A stretch of 36,586 bases of DNA. Origin: a virus. A program made the position numbers and the translations under genes. Below the pieces are notes generated by a model. That model had not been told where the DNA came from. It saw only the letters and a program-made list of their open reading frames with translations, and ran no database searches. The stretch lies in IMG/VR virus record IMGVR_UViG_3300045988_146267; one strand, 5' to 3'. Below, one piece after another: positions 1-9,516 of the stretch (the stretch's first letter is position 1; every line of letters starts with the position of its first letter).

Positions 1-253
1 TTTTGATATACAAAATAGATACAAAAAATATATACTTATTGTATATATTTTTTTGACTTTTTGTTGACATTTATAATTTATAATTGTAAAATATTAATTG
101 ATACAAGTACATAACATATTATGCTTTAGATAAAACATAGAATAAAAATACAAAGGAGGGAAAATTTAAAAAGTGTACTAAAGATAAGATTTTTGAGAAA
201 TACTATGAATAAGAAAATTAAAAAATAAAATACATGAGAGGAGTTATAAAATA

Positions 254-356
254 ATGTTAAATAAAAAATTTAGAAATTCAAATCGGAATTACTTTAGTTG
301 CGTTAGTGATTACGATTATTATATTATTGATATTAGCAGGAATAACAAATATATAA
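254..356 (+). CDS. Prepilin/pseudopilin-like N-terminal fragment, split by a +1 discontinuity at in-frame CGG (284-286); joined product MLNKKFRNSN|GITLVALVITIIILLILAGITNI; possibly the 5' part of the host target gene
   Basis: Skipping C284 gives GITLVALVITIIILLILAGIT, the classic type IV prepilin-like cleavage site plus hydrophobic helix; RBS-like gagagg upstream. Confidence 0.55.
325..341 (+). repeat. Putative attL core (tattgatattagcagga)
   Basis: 16/17 match to 36570-36586 at the opposite end; about 100 bp beyond the 3' end of the integrase gene. Confidence 0.45.
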
Positions 357-358
357 AA

Positions 359-403
359 AAATGCTGATTTTTCAAGGCTTTCCGGCTTTGATAGTCAGCA
401 TTT
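359..403. terminator. Hairpin, AAATGCTGA / TCAGCATTT arms, downstream of the integrase gene
   Basis: 9-bp perfect inverted repeat at 359-367 and 395-403. Confidence 0.5.
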
Positions 404-420
404 GTTATTAGTTTGTTATT
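401..420 (+). repeat. Tandem TTTGTTATT repeat, candidate integrase arm-type site
   Basis: tttgttattagtttgttatt, 19/20 identical to 36437-36456 at the other prophage end. Confidence 0.4.
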
Positions 421-443
421 TATCTATAAAGTTTTATAAGGAT

Positions 444-1709
444 TTAAGAGGTTTTTTTAATATTTTTTAAAACCACAATTTTTCCGGATTTATATGTTAC
501 AAGTTTAATTGCCTCAATTTTTTCTTCGATTGAAATATGGTTATAAGTATCACTACCTACATTACCATTCTTGTGTCCCATAATAGAGTTTATTATTGTT
601 GGTTTTACATTTAATCTTTGTAATTCTGTTTCAAGGGTATGTCTACCACAATGAGCAGTTTCTCCTTGTAAGAATTCATGCTTATCTTTAAAGTGTAGTC
701 TATAATATGTATTGTAATCTCCATAAAAGAGTCTTTTCCCATTAGCTTTCATAAATAGAAATTCATTATCTTTATTATAGTATTTCTCGATAATATGTAT
801 TATAGCAGGATGAATTGGTATTTCTCTATTAATGCCATTAGCAGTCTTTATACCACCAACAAAATAATTCTTTCCTAAATGAATGTTCTTGGTATAAAGA
901 AAAAATAATTCTTCTGCACGGCAACCAGTGTAAAGTGCAAGTAATAGAATATCTTTTACAAGTTCTTCTTTTTCTGTTTCAGGTTGAATATTCCATAAAT
1001 AATCAATCTGCTCATATGAAAAAGGAGTCCTTTCATTTTGAGAGATATGAGAGCCAGATGCTTTTAATGTATCTGTATATTTTTTATCAATAATATCTTC
1101 ATTATATGCATATTTATCCATATTTTTAAATAATGTTATAAATTGTTTGGCTGTAGCTGGTGTTTTTCCTTTTAAAAATGATTGAAAGTCAGAAGTTCTT
1201 AATTCTCTGTAAATTTTATCATAAAGGATTTCACTATGGTTATATGCATTGGTCATATTTAATGAATTATGCAATGCAAATTTTCCATTGCCTGGCTTAA
1301 TATGTTGTTCTTTTTCAATCTGCATTTCTTCTTTAGTAGGAAAAAGATTTTCTTTCATTTCTTCAAAGACTTGTTTAAATGTATAATTCCTTTTATTTTT
1401 TCTATGTATTGTTGAACTTATTACATCCACTGGTACGAGAGGATAAGGAACTTTTGGGAAAAATACTATTTTATCATATTTATTTTGTTTTATTTTTAGT
1501 GGAGTAGGATTTTTATGATAGTTTTCTAAGCATACAAGTGCATCAATAGGCTCCTCAAAAGTATCAATATCATAATATAATGGTTTACCATATAAATCCT
1601 TTCCAATTAATATTCTTGCAGCATAGGGGTGATATCTACCTTTCCCTAAAAATACTACTGTTCCAGTTCCATTTTTTCTTCTTTTTAATTGCACAAAAAA
1701 AACCTCCAT
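444..1709 (-). CDS. int: Tyrosine recombinase / phage integrase
   Basis: Catalytic motifs TGCRAEELF, HCGRHTLETE, GHKNGNVGSDTYNH; position at the prophage end. Confidence 0.95.
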   Translation of the reverse strand: MEVFFVQLKRRKNGTGTVVFLGKGRYHPYAARILIGKDLYGKPLYYDIDTFEEPIDALVCLENYHKNPTPLKIKQNKYDKIVFFPKVPYPLVPVDVISSTIHRKNKRNYTFKQVFEEMKENLFPTKEEMQIEKEQHIKPGNGKFALHNSLNMTNAYNHSEILYDKIYRELRTSDFQSFLKGKTPATAKQFITLFKNMDKYAYNEDIIDKKYTDTLKASGSHISQNERTPFSYEQIDYLWNIQPETEKEELVKDILLLALYTGCRAEELFFLYTKNIHLGKNYFVGGIKTANGINREIPIHPAIIHIIEKYYNKDNEFLFMKANGKRLFYGDYNTYYRLHFKDKHEFLQGETAHCGRHTLETELQRLNVKPTIINSIMGHKNGNVGSDTYNHISIEEKIEAIKLVTYKSGKIVVLKNIKKTS

Positions 1710-1846
1710 TTTTCAAAATATTTTTGTAAAACCCCTTGAAAAATAGAGTACTTTTCTATATAATAAGAAAGTATTCACTTTTCGGAGTGTTTACGCTTTT
1801 GGATAATGTGTGGTAATGTCGCAAACTAACAACACATTGTCCTTTT

Positions 1847-2182
1847 TTATTTCTTATTTTTATGTATTCCAGTAAAAAATAATGAAAATCCACAAGTGAA
1901 AAATGCTAGTGTAATTTTTATTATTGATAATTCTCTTTTGTTACTAGTAAGATTTTGATTTGTAATCCTTTTAACAGGTTTTAATGGATCAATAGTGGTT
2001 TTGTTATAAATTTTATTGTAAATTGCCTTTTTGGGATTTCTTATGTATCCCATTCCTTTTTTTCCGTAAAAAGGATTAAATGCTTTTTTCATTTTTCTTT
2101 TAATTTTTCCAGTTGTTCTAGCCTTAATAGATTTTTTTATGCTAGGTTTTCTAAATCCAAATTTCATACAAATGACCTCCAC
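1847..2182 (-). CDS. Small basic protein with a C-terminal hydrophobic segment, unknown function (start may be 2167)
   Basis: ORF in the lysogeny operon; hydrophobic stretch IIKITLAFFTCGFSLFFTGI. Confidence 0.6.
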   Translation of the reverse strand: MEVICMKFGFRKPSIKKSIKARTTGKIKRKMKKAFNPFYGKKGMGYIRNPKKAIYNKIYNKTTIDPLKPVKRITNQNLTSNKRELSIIKITLAFFTCGFSLFFTGIHKNKK

Positions 2183-2859
2183 TATTTAAAGGCACTAGAG
2201 TTTTCTGCTCGTATTACTTTACCTAAAATTTTGAATTTTCTATTTGTTATATCATCATTTGTTAATTTGATGGGCTTGATATATGGATATGGAGCCTGTA
2301 ATTCAATACTATCTTTTAGATCTATAATCTTTCTTATTAAAATCTTGGTATTATCTAAAGAAATTAAACAGGTTTCCCCATTGCTAAATTTTGATGTTTT
2401 TTCTATAATAGCAATATCGTTTGTACCTAAAAGAGGTAGCATATCATCATTTTTTACACGATAAGCATAGTATTCTTTATTATCTTCAATATCAAAATTA
2501 ATAGATATATAATTGTTATCTGCTGTAACTACAAATTGCTGTTTTTTTTCATCGAAATTTATTTCATAAACAATTGGAATTTTATTATCTCGTTGTTTTA
2601 TAACATCGTTAAAGAAAAAATCAGTCATATTATTTGTGTATCCACATATCTTCATTAATTCTTCATAAGTTATTAAACCTTTAGATGCATTAGCAAACCC
2701 CGCTAATATTTTGGGAGTAGGAGGGTTATTAAGTTTTTTATGAATATATTTAGAAATATAGGATCTATCTGAATTTGTCTGTTTAGCAAATTCACTCATA
2801 TTAGAATACTCTTTATTTATTTTTATTAGAATATTTGCAAATTCATCTTTGTTAAACAT
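2182..2859 (-). CDS. CI/LexA-type repressor: N-terminal HTH plus degenerate S24-like C-terminal domain (ORF extends to 2910; likely start 2859)
   Basis: HTH region (SEFAKQTNSDRSYISKYIHKKLN) and S24-like core YRVKNDDMLPLLGTNDIAIIEK...ILIRKI. Confidence 0.85.
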   Translation of the reverse strand: MFNKDEFANILIKINKEYSNMSEFAKQTNSDRSYISKYIHKKLNNPPTPKILAGFANASKGLITYEELMKICGYTNNMTDFFFNDVIKQRDNKIPIVYEINFDEKKQQFVVTADNNYISINFDIEDNKEYYAYRVKNDDMLPLLGTNDIAIIEKTSKFSNGETCLISLDNTKILIRKIIDLKDSIELQAPYPYIKPIKLTNDDITNRKFKILGKVIRAENSSAFK

Positions 2860-2878
2860 AAATATTACCTCCAAAACT

Positions 2879-2907
2879 AGTATATAACAAGGCTTAGAAA
2901 AAGTCAA
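2879..2907 (-). promoter_or_regulatory. Leftward sigma70-type promoter for the repressor: TTGACT-N17-TATACT
   Basis: -35 at 2907-2902 and -10 at 2884-2879 on the minus strand, 17-bp spacer. Confidence 0.75.
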
Positions 2908-2916
2908 CAAAAAAAT

Positions 2917-2930
2917 GTGAAAAAAATCAC
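2917..2930. promoter_or_regulatory. Operator-like site GTGA-N6-TCAC
   Basis: gtgaaaaaaatcac as read at 2917-2930; shares 4-bp outer arms with the two sites at 2975 and 3240. Confidence 0.5.
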
Positions 2931-2939
2931 AAAAAAGTA

Positions 2940-2968
2940 TTGACTTTTAAAAAAAGAATATATATAAT
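2940..2968 (+). promoter_or_regulatory. Rightward early promoter TTGACT-N17-TATAAT
   Basis: -35 at 2940-2945, -10 at 2963-2968, 17-bp spacer. Confidence 0.8.
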
Positions 2969-2974
2969 GACATT

Positions 2975-2988
2975 GTGAATAAATTCAC
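2975..2988. promoter_or_regulatory. Operator-like palindrome GTGAATAAATTCAC
   Basis: 6-bp perfect arms, located at the expected transcription start of the rightward promoter; exact copy at 3240-3253. Confidence 0.65.
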
Positions 2989-3005
2989 AGAAGAGGAGGG
3001 ATAAA

Positions 3006-3236
3006 ATGAAAGAGGCGAGAGTTAGACTAAATGTAGATGCAGTAAATGAACTAATAAAAGAAAAATTTAGAAATAACAAGAGTTGGTTTGCAGAAGAAAT
3101 AGGGGTAAATGGTTCATATTTTATTCAAGTCTTAAATAAAAAAGAAATAGACCATAGTCCTAAAATAATAAATGGAGTTGTGGACTTTTGTAAAAAGAAT
3201 GGATTAGATCCAAATAACTATATTTTTTTAGAATAA
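3006..3236 (+). CDS. Cro-like small HTH protein
   Basis: First gene of the early operon, divergent from the repressor; short HTH-like sequence. Confidence 0.6.
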   Translation: MKEARVRLNVDAVNELIKEKFRNNKSWFAEEIGVNGSYFIQVLNKKEIDHSPKIINGVVDFCKKNGLDPNNYIFLE

Positions 3237-3239
3237 AGT

Positions 3240-3253
3240 GTGAATAAATTCAC
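3240..3253. promoter_or_regulatory. Second exact copy of operator palindrome GTGAATAAATTCAC
   Basis: Identical to 2975-2988. Confidence 0.6.
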
Positions 3254-3323
3254 AAAAAAGGAGAGAAAGTTATGAAAAAATTAAAAATTGCGACATTACC
3301 ACACAAAAAAGAAAGGAGTAAAC

Positions 3324-3551
3324 ATGGAAAAAGAAATAAAACCGATAGAAAGAATGACACCTTCTGAAGTTGGAAAAATACTACATACAAATGCAGAAAC
3401 AATTAGAGCAGGATTAAAAACAGGTAGATTCCCATTTGGGTATGCAGTACCACCAAAAGATGGAAAAGGAAATTGGAGTTACATTATTATAAAAAGTAAA
3501 TTTTTAGAATGTATTGGAGAAAGGAAAGTGATTACAAATGAAGATAATTAA
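3324..3551 (+). CDS. Small MerR/excisionase-like HTH protein
   Basis: MTPSEVGKILHTNAETIRAGLKTGRFPFGYA; ORF track extends to 3288, likely start 3324. Confidence 0.55.
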   Translation: MEKEIKPIERMTPSEVGKILHTNAETIRAGLKTGRFPFGYAVPPKDGKGNWSYIIIKSKFLECIGERKVITNEDN

Positions 3552-3741
3552 TAGAAAAAAATTTATTGTTAGGATTATAGAATTATTTACCATTATAGGA
3601 ACTTTAATTATTACACCAATTGCCATAAATTATGCAACAAAATTAAGGGGCTATATAGCACAAGGTGGAGAATATTTAATACCTATTTTAGCACTATTAC
3701 TAATAATTGTTGCAGAAACAATATTAGAAGAAAACAAATAG
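3538..3741 (+). CDS. Small membrane protein, unknown
   Basis: Two hydrophobic segments. Confidence 0.4.
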   Translation: MKIINRKKFIVRIIELFTIIGTLIITPIAINYATKLRGYIAQGGEYLIPILALLLIIVAETILEENK

Positions 3742-3869
3742 GAGGAATAAGTTTATGGATATAAAACAATATGTAAAAAGTTTATTTATCATATATAGAT
3801 TCAACAATATGAAAACAACATTAAGAATTATGAAAAATAATTTAAAACTTTTGAAAGGAGGGAAATAGT

Positions 3870-4109
3870 ATGAATCAAAATGAAAGAATTGTACAATTAG
3901 AAGAAACTATAAAGCTAAAAGACCAAGAAATATATGATGTTAAAACAAGTGTTGCCGAAGTTTTAGAAGAAATTCATGAATTAAATGAAAAAAACGAAAA
4001 TGAAGTATTAAGAAGACAAATTGCAGAATTATGTACCAACACAAGATATGAACTTCTAATTGATGAAACAAAAAATAGAACTACCATAGCCGACCAAAGC
4101 AATAAATAG
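3870..4109 (+). CDS. Small coiled-coil early protein
   Basis: ORF with RBS (aaaggaggg) directly upstream. Confidence 0.5.
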   Translation: MNQNERIVQLEETIKLKDQEIYDVKTSVAEVLEEIHELNEKNENEVLRRQIAELCTNTRYELLIDETKNRTTIADQSNK

Positions 4110-4173
4110 TTCTACAAAAATATTTAAGAAAATACTTTTGTGAATATTTTAGCACAAAAAGTTAGAAAGGACA

Positions 4174-4419
4174 ATGAAAATGGAAAAAATAGAAATTAAT
4201 AAAATTAAAAAAAATAAAGCATATACCTATGAAGAAATAAAAGAAATATTTGAAGAGGCAGCAGCAAAAACTTGTGCAAATCCTTTTGGAGATGTTGAAA
4301 AATTGGATAAAAAACCAAGTACAAGCATGGAGGTTTCTGCAATGCTTTTGGGTGTCATTATGACACATACACTAGAAGAAAATTTATTTGAAGATGAGGA
4401 GAAAGCTAATGCCAAGTAG
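4174..4419 (+). CDS. Hypothetical early protein
   Basis: ORF with RBS upstream, overlaps the following exonuclease ORF. Confidence 0.5.
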   Translation: MKMEKIEINKIKKNKAYTYEEIKEIFEEAAAKTCANPFGDVEKLDKKPSTSMEVSAMLLGVIMTHTLEENLFEDEEKANAK

Positions 4420-5047
4420 AGAAGAATGGTTGGAAGAAAGAAAAAAAGGAATTGGTGGATCTGATGCAGCAGTAATTCTTGGATTAAATCCTTATAAGAA
4501 TAATATTAGACTTTGGGAAGAAAAAACAGGAAAAGTACAAGCAGAAGATATTTCAGATAAACCTTATGTTAAATATGGTACACAAGCAGAGGACCTTTTA
4601 AGAGAATTATTTAAGTTGGATTTTCCACAATACGAAGTTTCTCACGATGAGAATACAATAATAAAACATCCTAAATATCCATTTTTATTTGCTAGTTTAG
4701 ATGGACAACTTGTTGATAAGGAAACAGGAGAATTAGGAATATTAGAAATAAAAACCACAAATATTTTACAAAGTATGCAAAAGGAAAAATGGAAGGAAAA
4801 AATTCCTGATAATTATTTCTGTCAAGTATTACATTATCTTAATGTAACAGGATATTCATTTGCAATACTAAAAGCTCAATTGAAATATGATTTTGATGGA
4901 GATATTAAATTAGAAACAAGACATTACAAAATTAATAGATGTGATTTTGAAGAAGACATCAAAGAATTAGAAAAAGCGGAAGTTGAATTCTGGACAAAAT
5001 ATGTTGAAAAAGATATTCAACCACCGTTAGAATTACCAAATTTATAA
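4388..5047 (+). CDS. YqaJ-type (lambda-exonuclease-like) recombinase exonuclease
   Basis: GIGGSDAAVILGLNPYKN, YGTQAEDLLRELF, FLFASLDGQLVD...GILEIKTT, YFCQVLHYLNVTG. Confidence 0.9.
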   Translation: MKMRRKLMPSREEWLEERKKGIGGSDAAVILGLNPYKNNIRLWEEKTGKVQAEDISDKPYVKYGTQAEDLLRELFKLDFPQYEVSHDENTIIKHPKYPFLFASLDGQLVDKETGELGILEIKTTNILQSMQKEKWKEKIPDNYFCQVLHYLNVTGYSFAILKAQLKYDFDGDIKLETRHYKINRCDFEEDIKELEKAEVEFWTKYVEKDIQPPLELPNL

Positions 5048-5060
5048 GGAGAGAATTGTT

Positions 5061-5732
5061 ATGAATAAAGAAGATTTTATAGAGAAAGAAAAAACATCAT
5101 TCAGTAATCAAATGGATCCAGAATGTGTTGCTCAAAGTGAAAATAAAGAAATTAAAATTGTAGGAGTTAAATACGAGGATAGATTTGAAAAGAGAACTTT
5201 TACTGGTAAAGAATATAGTTATTATTCAAATATAGAAGATATAAAAGTTGGAGATATTGTTGAAGTACCAACGAGATATGGAAATTCTATTGCACAAGTA
5301 ACTAGAACAGATATAGACAAACAAGAAATTGAAAAAATCAAAGACTATATGAAAATAATAGACACCAAATTAAATAAAGATGAGTTTTTTCAAGAAAAAA
5401 ATAATCTAGAAAAGAAAATATATTCGCCATGGGCATTTACTGAGAATGAAACCGAAAAAATGAAAATTAATATGAAAATTTATGAAGAATTAGAACAAAA
5501 ATACAAAATATTAAAAGTTAGTGATATTGACCATAAAGCACCTACAGATGAAGAACTAGAACAAAACGATATTGTTTATTCAAGGAAGGCTTGCTATGGA
5601 CATGGAGAATATAAAATTTATAAATGTTCTGATGAAATAACATTAGATGAATTAGCTCTAATATGTGATGGAGGCAATTTATGTTTTGGATATAGCGGAA
5701 ATAAAAACTTCTTATCAGTATCTGAAGATTAA
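5061..5732 (+). CDS. Hypothetical early protein
   Basis: ORF in the recombination module. Confidence 0.5.
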   Translation: MNKEDFIEKEKTSFSNQMDPECVAQSENKEIKIVGVKYEDRFEKRTFTGKEYSYYSNIEDIKVGDIVEVPTRYGNSIAQVTRTDIDKQEIEKIKDYMKIIDTKLNKDEFFQEKNNLEKKIYSPWAFTENETEKMKINMKIYEELEQKYKILKVSDIDHKAPTDEELEQNDIVYSRKACYGHGEYKIYKCSDEITLDELALICDGGNLCFGYSGNKNFLSVSED

Positions 5733-5752
5733 AAAGAAAGGAAAATAAAGTT

Positions 5753-6580
5753 ATGGAATTAAAAGTTGAAGAAATTAAGTCATTAGAGCCAGTAAAATTT
5801 AATTATGAAGATATTAAAAATTGGTTAATAACAAAAACAAAAGAATATAAAGATGTAGTTTATACACCGGAAACAATAACATTAGCAAGACAAGATAGGG
5901 CAACTTTGAATAAAGTTTCATCAGCCATTAATGATGAAAAGAAGAGAATAAAAAATGAACTATTAAAACCTTATGTGGATTTTGAAAATAAGTGTAAAGA
6001 GTTAATGTCAATAGTAGATGATGCATCTGGAACAATTGATAAACAAATTAAAGAATTTGAATTAAAAGAGCAAGAAGAGAAAAAAGAACAAATAAAAATA
6101 ATATTCAATTCGTGTATAGGGGATTTAAAAGAAATTGTAAGTTTAGAAACTATATTTAATCCAAGATGGTTAAATAAGACTTATTCCAATAAGAAAATTC
6201 AAGAAGACATAAACCACATTGTAGTAAAAACACACGATGATTTAAAAATAATAGATTCTCAAATTTTAGATGAGGGAATAAACAAAGCAGTAAAAAGTTA
6301 TTATCTTAGAAATATTACTAATCCATCAGTTTTAAGTTTAGCAATACAAGAAGGAATGAAAATTGATGAGAATAATAAAAAAATGGAAGAATTAAAAAAA
6401 CAAAAAGCAGAACAAGAGAAGGAAGTACAAAATTACATAATGGAACAAGCAAAAGAAAGCGATAAATTTGAAGAAAAAAATTTATTAACTATTGACTTTA
6501 GGGTAACAGCGACAAAAGAACAATTTATGGCTATTAGAGAATTTTTTGAAAAAAATAATATTGAATATGGGAGGATATAA
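5753..6580 (+). CDS. DUF1351-like protein, commonly placed between the exonuclease and RecT
   Basis: Family-like sequence and gene context. Confidence 0.6.
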   Translation: MELKVEEIKSLEPVKFNYEDIKNWLITKTKEYKDVVYTPETITLARQDRATLNKVSSAINDEKKRIKNELLKPYVDFENKCKELMSIVDDASGTIDKQIKEFELKEQEEKKEQIKIIFNSCIGDLKEIVSLETIFNPRWLNKTYSNKKIQEDINHIVVKTHDDLKIIDSQILDEGINKAVKSYYLRNITNPSVLSLAIQEGMKIDENNKKMEELKKQKAEQEKEVQNYIMEQAKESDKFEEKNLLTIDFRVTATKEQFMAIREFFEKNNIEYGRI

Positions 6581-6582
6581 CA

Positions 6583-6891
6583 ATGGGATTATTTGATAAA
6601 GAAAAAAATAAAAATTATGTAAAAATACATTTGGAATTTGATGGTTCTAAATCAGTTCAAAAACCTTGTGTTGTAGAAGGTGATGAAGAAACAATTGCAG
6701 CGGTAATTGGGAGTTTGATTAAAAATTTATTAGAAAATGGATTTGATGAAGATATCTTAAGAGATGCAATTAGGTTCGGTTTAAAAGATAGATCTTATTT
6801 TAATAAAAATATATCAGTAAAACAAATAAAGGTAGATAAAAACAAAGCAAAAGATATTGAAGAATTATTGAATAAATTGATGGAGGATTAA
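6583..6891 (+). CDS. Hypothetical protein
   Basis: ORF, good context. Confidence 0.5.
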   Translation: MGLFDKEKNKNYVKIHLEFDGSKSVQKPCVVEGDEETIAAVIGSLIKNLLENGFDEDILRDAIRFGLKDRSYFNKNISVKQIKVDKNKAKDIEELLNKLMED

Positions 6892-6894
6892 AAA

Positions 6895-7779
6895 ATGGAA
6901 GTAAAAAATAGTTTAGTTAAAGCAAATCAAAAACAAACATTTAGTGCATTTTTGGCAACAGATGCAATGAAAAGAAAAGTAAATGAAATGGTTGGAGGAG
7001 AAAAAGGACAACAATTTGTTACATCAATTATATCAGCAGTTTCTACAAATCCACAATTAGCAGAATGTGATAATGCCTCAATAGTATCTGCAGCATTATT
7101 GGGACAGGCTCTTAATTTGAGTCCTAGTCCCCAATTAGGACAATTCTACTTAGTACCATTCAATGATAATAAAAGAGGGTGTAAGGTAGCACAATTTCAA
7201 ATTGGTTATAAAGGTTATATTCAACTAGCAATCAGAAGCGGACAATATAAGAAATTAAATGTATTAGCAATTAAAGAAGGAGAACTAATTAAATATGATC
7301 CTTTAGATGAAGATATTGAAGTTAAATTGATAGAAAATGAAGAAGAAAGAGAAAAAGCAGAAACAATTGGATATTATGCAATGTTTGAATATCTAAATGG
7401 ATTTAGAAAAACTATTTATTGGTCAAAACAAAGAATGGAAGCACATGCCTTAAAGTATTCAATGGGATATAGAGCTAAAAAGGGATATACTTTTTGGGAA
7501 AAAGATTTTGATGGAATGGCCTATAAAACAATGTTAAGACAGCTTATTTCTAAATGGGGAATTATGAGTATTGATTTAACGATGCAAAAAGCACTTGAAT
7601 CTGATATGGCAGTTATAAATGATAATGGAACTTATGATTATGTTGATAACAACGAAATGGTAAATGAAGTTATTGAAACAGAAAATCGAGAACAACCAGT
7701 AGAAGTAAAACAAGAAGAAACACAACAAAATAAAGTAGAAACAGAAAAAAATACAGATTTCTTCTTTGGAAATAACTAG
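6895..7779 (+). CDS. recT: RecT single-strand annealing protein
   Basis: IQLAIRSGQYKKLNVLAIKEGEL, FWEKDFDGMAYKTMLRQLISKWGIMS. Confidence 0.93.
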   Translation: MEVKNSLVKANQKQTFSAFLATDAMKRKVNEMVGGEKGQQFVTSIISAVSTNPQLAECDNASIVSAALLGQALNLSPSPQLGQFYLVPFNDNKRGCKVAQFQIGYKGYIQLAIRSGQYKKLNVLAIKEGELIKYDPLDEDIEVKLIENEEEREKAETIGYYAMFEYLNGFRKTIYWSKQRMEAHALKYSMGYRAKKGYTFWEKDFDGMAYKTMLRQLISKWGIMSIDLTMQKALESDMAVINDNGTYDYVDNNEMVNEVIETENREQPVEVKQEETQQNKVETEKNTDFFFGNN

Positions 7780-7796
7780 AGCAAAGGAGATAAACT

Positions 7797-8579
7797 ATGG
7801 AAGGATGGATATGTTTATACAAAAAATTGATAAATTGGGAGTGGTATCAAGATGGCAACACTTGCAGACTTTTTATCCATCTCCTTCTATTAGCAAATTA
7901 TGAAGACAAATATTGGCAAGGGCAGTTAATTAAAAGAGGGCAATTAGTTACATCATTAGAACATTTATCAGATGACTTGGGATTATCAGTACAAAAAATA
8001 AGAACATCCATAAAAAAATTGAAAAGTACCGGAGAAATAACAAGCAAAGCAACAAACAAATATACCGTTATAACCGTTGAAAGATATGAGGATTACCAAT
8101 CAAAGGAAGAAAAATTAACAAACAACATAACAAACGAACAACAAACAAATAACAATCAAATAACAACAACTAACAATATAACAAATAAACAAATTATAAA
8201 TAAAATAAAATTAAATTCTTTATATTTGTATATAACCAAAAGAGCAAAAAATTTTGAAGGACTGAACGAAATGGACAGGATATCAATTCAAACAACTTTA
8301 GAAAGAATGAATATGTATATTGAAGATGATTGTTACATACCTGAAGAAAATATATTTGAATTACAGTTAAAGTATTATGCAATTGAACAGATATATTTAA
8401 GTCCATATAAAGTATATTTGATAGATTTAAAAGAAAAAGATTTTATAAAAGTATTTTTATCAGCAAAAAAGTATTGTCCTATAAAAAGAAAAACTGAAAA
8501 ACAAATTACAGACTTTATGAATTATTTTATTGTATGTTTAAGAAAGGAATTTGAGAAAAATGAGTCAATTAAAAGATGA
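7797..8579 (+). CDS. Phage replisome organizer / replication initiator-like protein
   Basis: MEGWICLYKKLINWEWYQDGNTCRLFIHLLLLANYEDKYWQGQLIKRGQLVTSLEHLSDDLGLSVQKIRTSIKKLKSTGEI. Confidence 0.8.
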   Translation: MEGWICLYKKLINWEWYQDGNTCRLFIHLLLLANYEDKYWQGQLIKRGQLVTSLEHLSDDLGLSVQKIRTSIKKLKSTGEITSKATNKYTVITVERYEDYQSKEEKLTNNITNEQQTNNNQITTTNNITNKQIINKIKLNSLYLYITKRAKNFEGLNEMDRISIQTTLERMNMYIEDDCYIPEENIFELQLKYYAIEQIYLSPYKVYLIDLKEKDFIKVFLSAKKYCPIKRKTEKQITDFMNYFIVCLRKEFEKNESIKR

Positions 8580-8742
8580 AGTTTTGTGTAAATATTGCCT
8601 TGGATGCAACAAATTAGAAAATCCTAATTTTGCAGGATGGAAGAAATGCAAAGATTTTGCAGCAGGATATGAAAATTGGAAAAAGCAATATTATGACGCA
8701 TTAAGAAAAGAACAAACGAAAATCGATTTTAAAAAGAAATAA
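8551..8742 (+). CDS. Small Cys-containing hypothetical protein
   Basis: CKYCLGCNKLENPNFAGWKKC. Confidence 0.5.
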   Translation: MRKMSQLKDEVLCKYCLGCNKLENPNFAGWKKCKDFAAGYENWKKQYYDALRKEQTKIDFKKK

Positions 8743-8879
8743 TTCAAAAATGATAAATTATTCAACTTGAATAAAAAAATACAAAATAAGGCGAAAATTT
8801 TAAAAATGTGGGGCATATAAATTAAGGACAACCTATTAACATTTTTGAAACGAACTGATATTAAAAGGAGATAAAAAAA

Positions 8880-9293
8880 GTGAAAGTTGATTTTGTAATA
8901 CAAGGAAAAGCACAAGCAAAGCAAAGGCCTAGATTTAATACACATACAGGGAGAACATATACACCGAATAAGACAATTAATTATGAAAATTGGGTAAAGA
9001 TTTGCTATTTAGAAAAGTACAAAGATAAGGAGTTAATGGATAAACCATTAAGAGTTACAATTAGAGCATTTTTGGAAATTCCTAAAAGCACAAGTAAAAA
9101 GAAAAAACAACAAATGTTAGATAATGAAATATTACCAATGGTAAAACCTGATACAGATAATATTGCAAAGAGTATTCTTGATAGTTTAAATGGAATTGCA
9201 TACAAAGATGATAAACAAGTTGCAGAATTAATTGTATATAAATTTTACAATGATACACCGTATGTCAATGTAACAATAGAGGAGATTGATTAA
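8880..9293 (+). CDS. rusA: RusA-type Holliday junction resolvase (GTG start)
   Basis: KAQAKQRPRF...KPDTDNIAKSILDSLNGIAYKDDKQVAELIVYK. Confidence 0.93.
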   Translation: MKVDFVIQGKAQAKQRPRFNTHTGRTYTPNKTINYENWVKICYLEKYKDKELMDKPLRVTIRAFLEIPKSTSKKKKQQMLDNEILPMVKPDTDNIAKSILDSLNGIAYKDDKQVAELIVYKFYNDTPYVNVTIEEID

Positions 9294-9295
9294 AT

Positions 9296-9487
9296 ATGAA
9301 ATGTCCAGATAGATTTAATATAGTACAACACAATATAAGAAAACCAATTTTAAACAGAGATGATATTGCTATTGGGGAATATCATCTACTAATTGAAAAT
9401 CAAGGATTTGCTGATTGCTATAAAGAAGAATGTCCAGCATGGGACAGAAACAATAATTGTTGCAAAAAGATAAGTGATGAAAAATGA
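9296..9487 (+). CDS. Small Cys-rich protein
   Basis: ORF directly following rusA. Confidence 0.45.
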   Translation: MKCPDRFNIVQHNIRKPILNRDDIAIGEYHLLIENQGFADCYKEECPAWDRNNNCCKKISDEK

Positions 9488-9516
9488 AAGTATTTAAATT
9501 TATTGGAGGATGAAAA

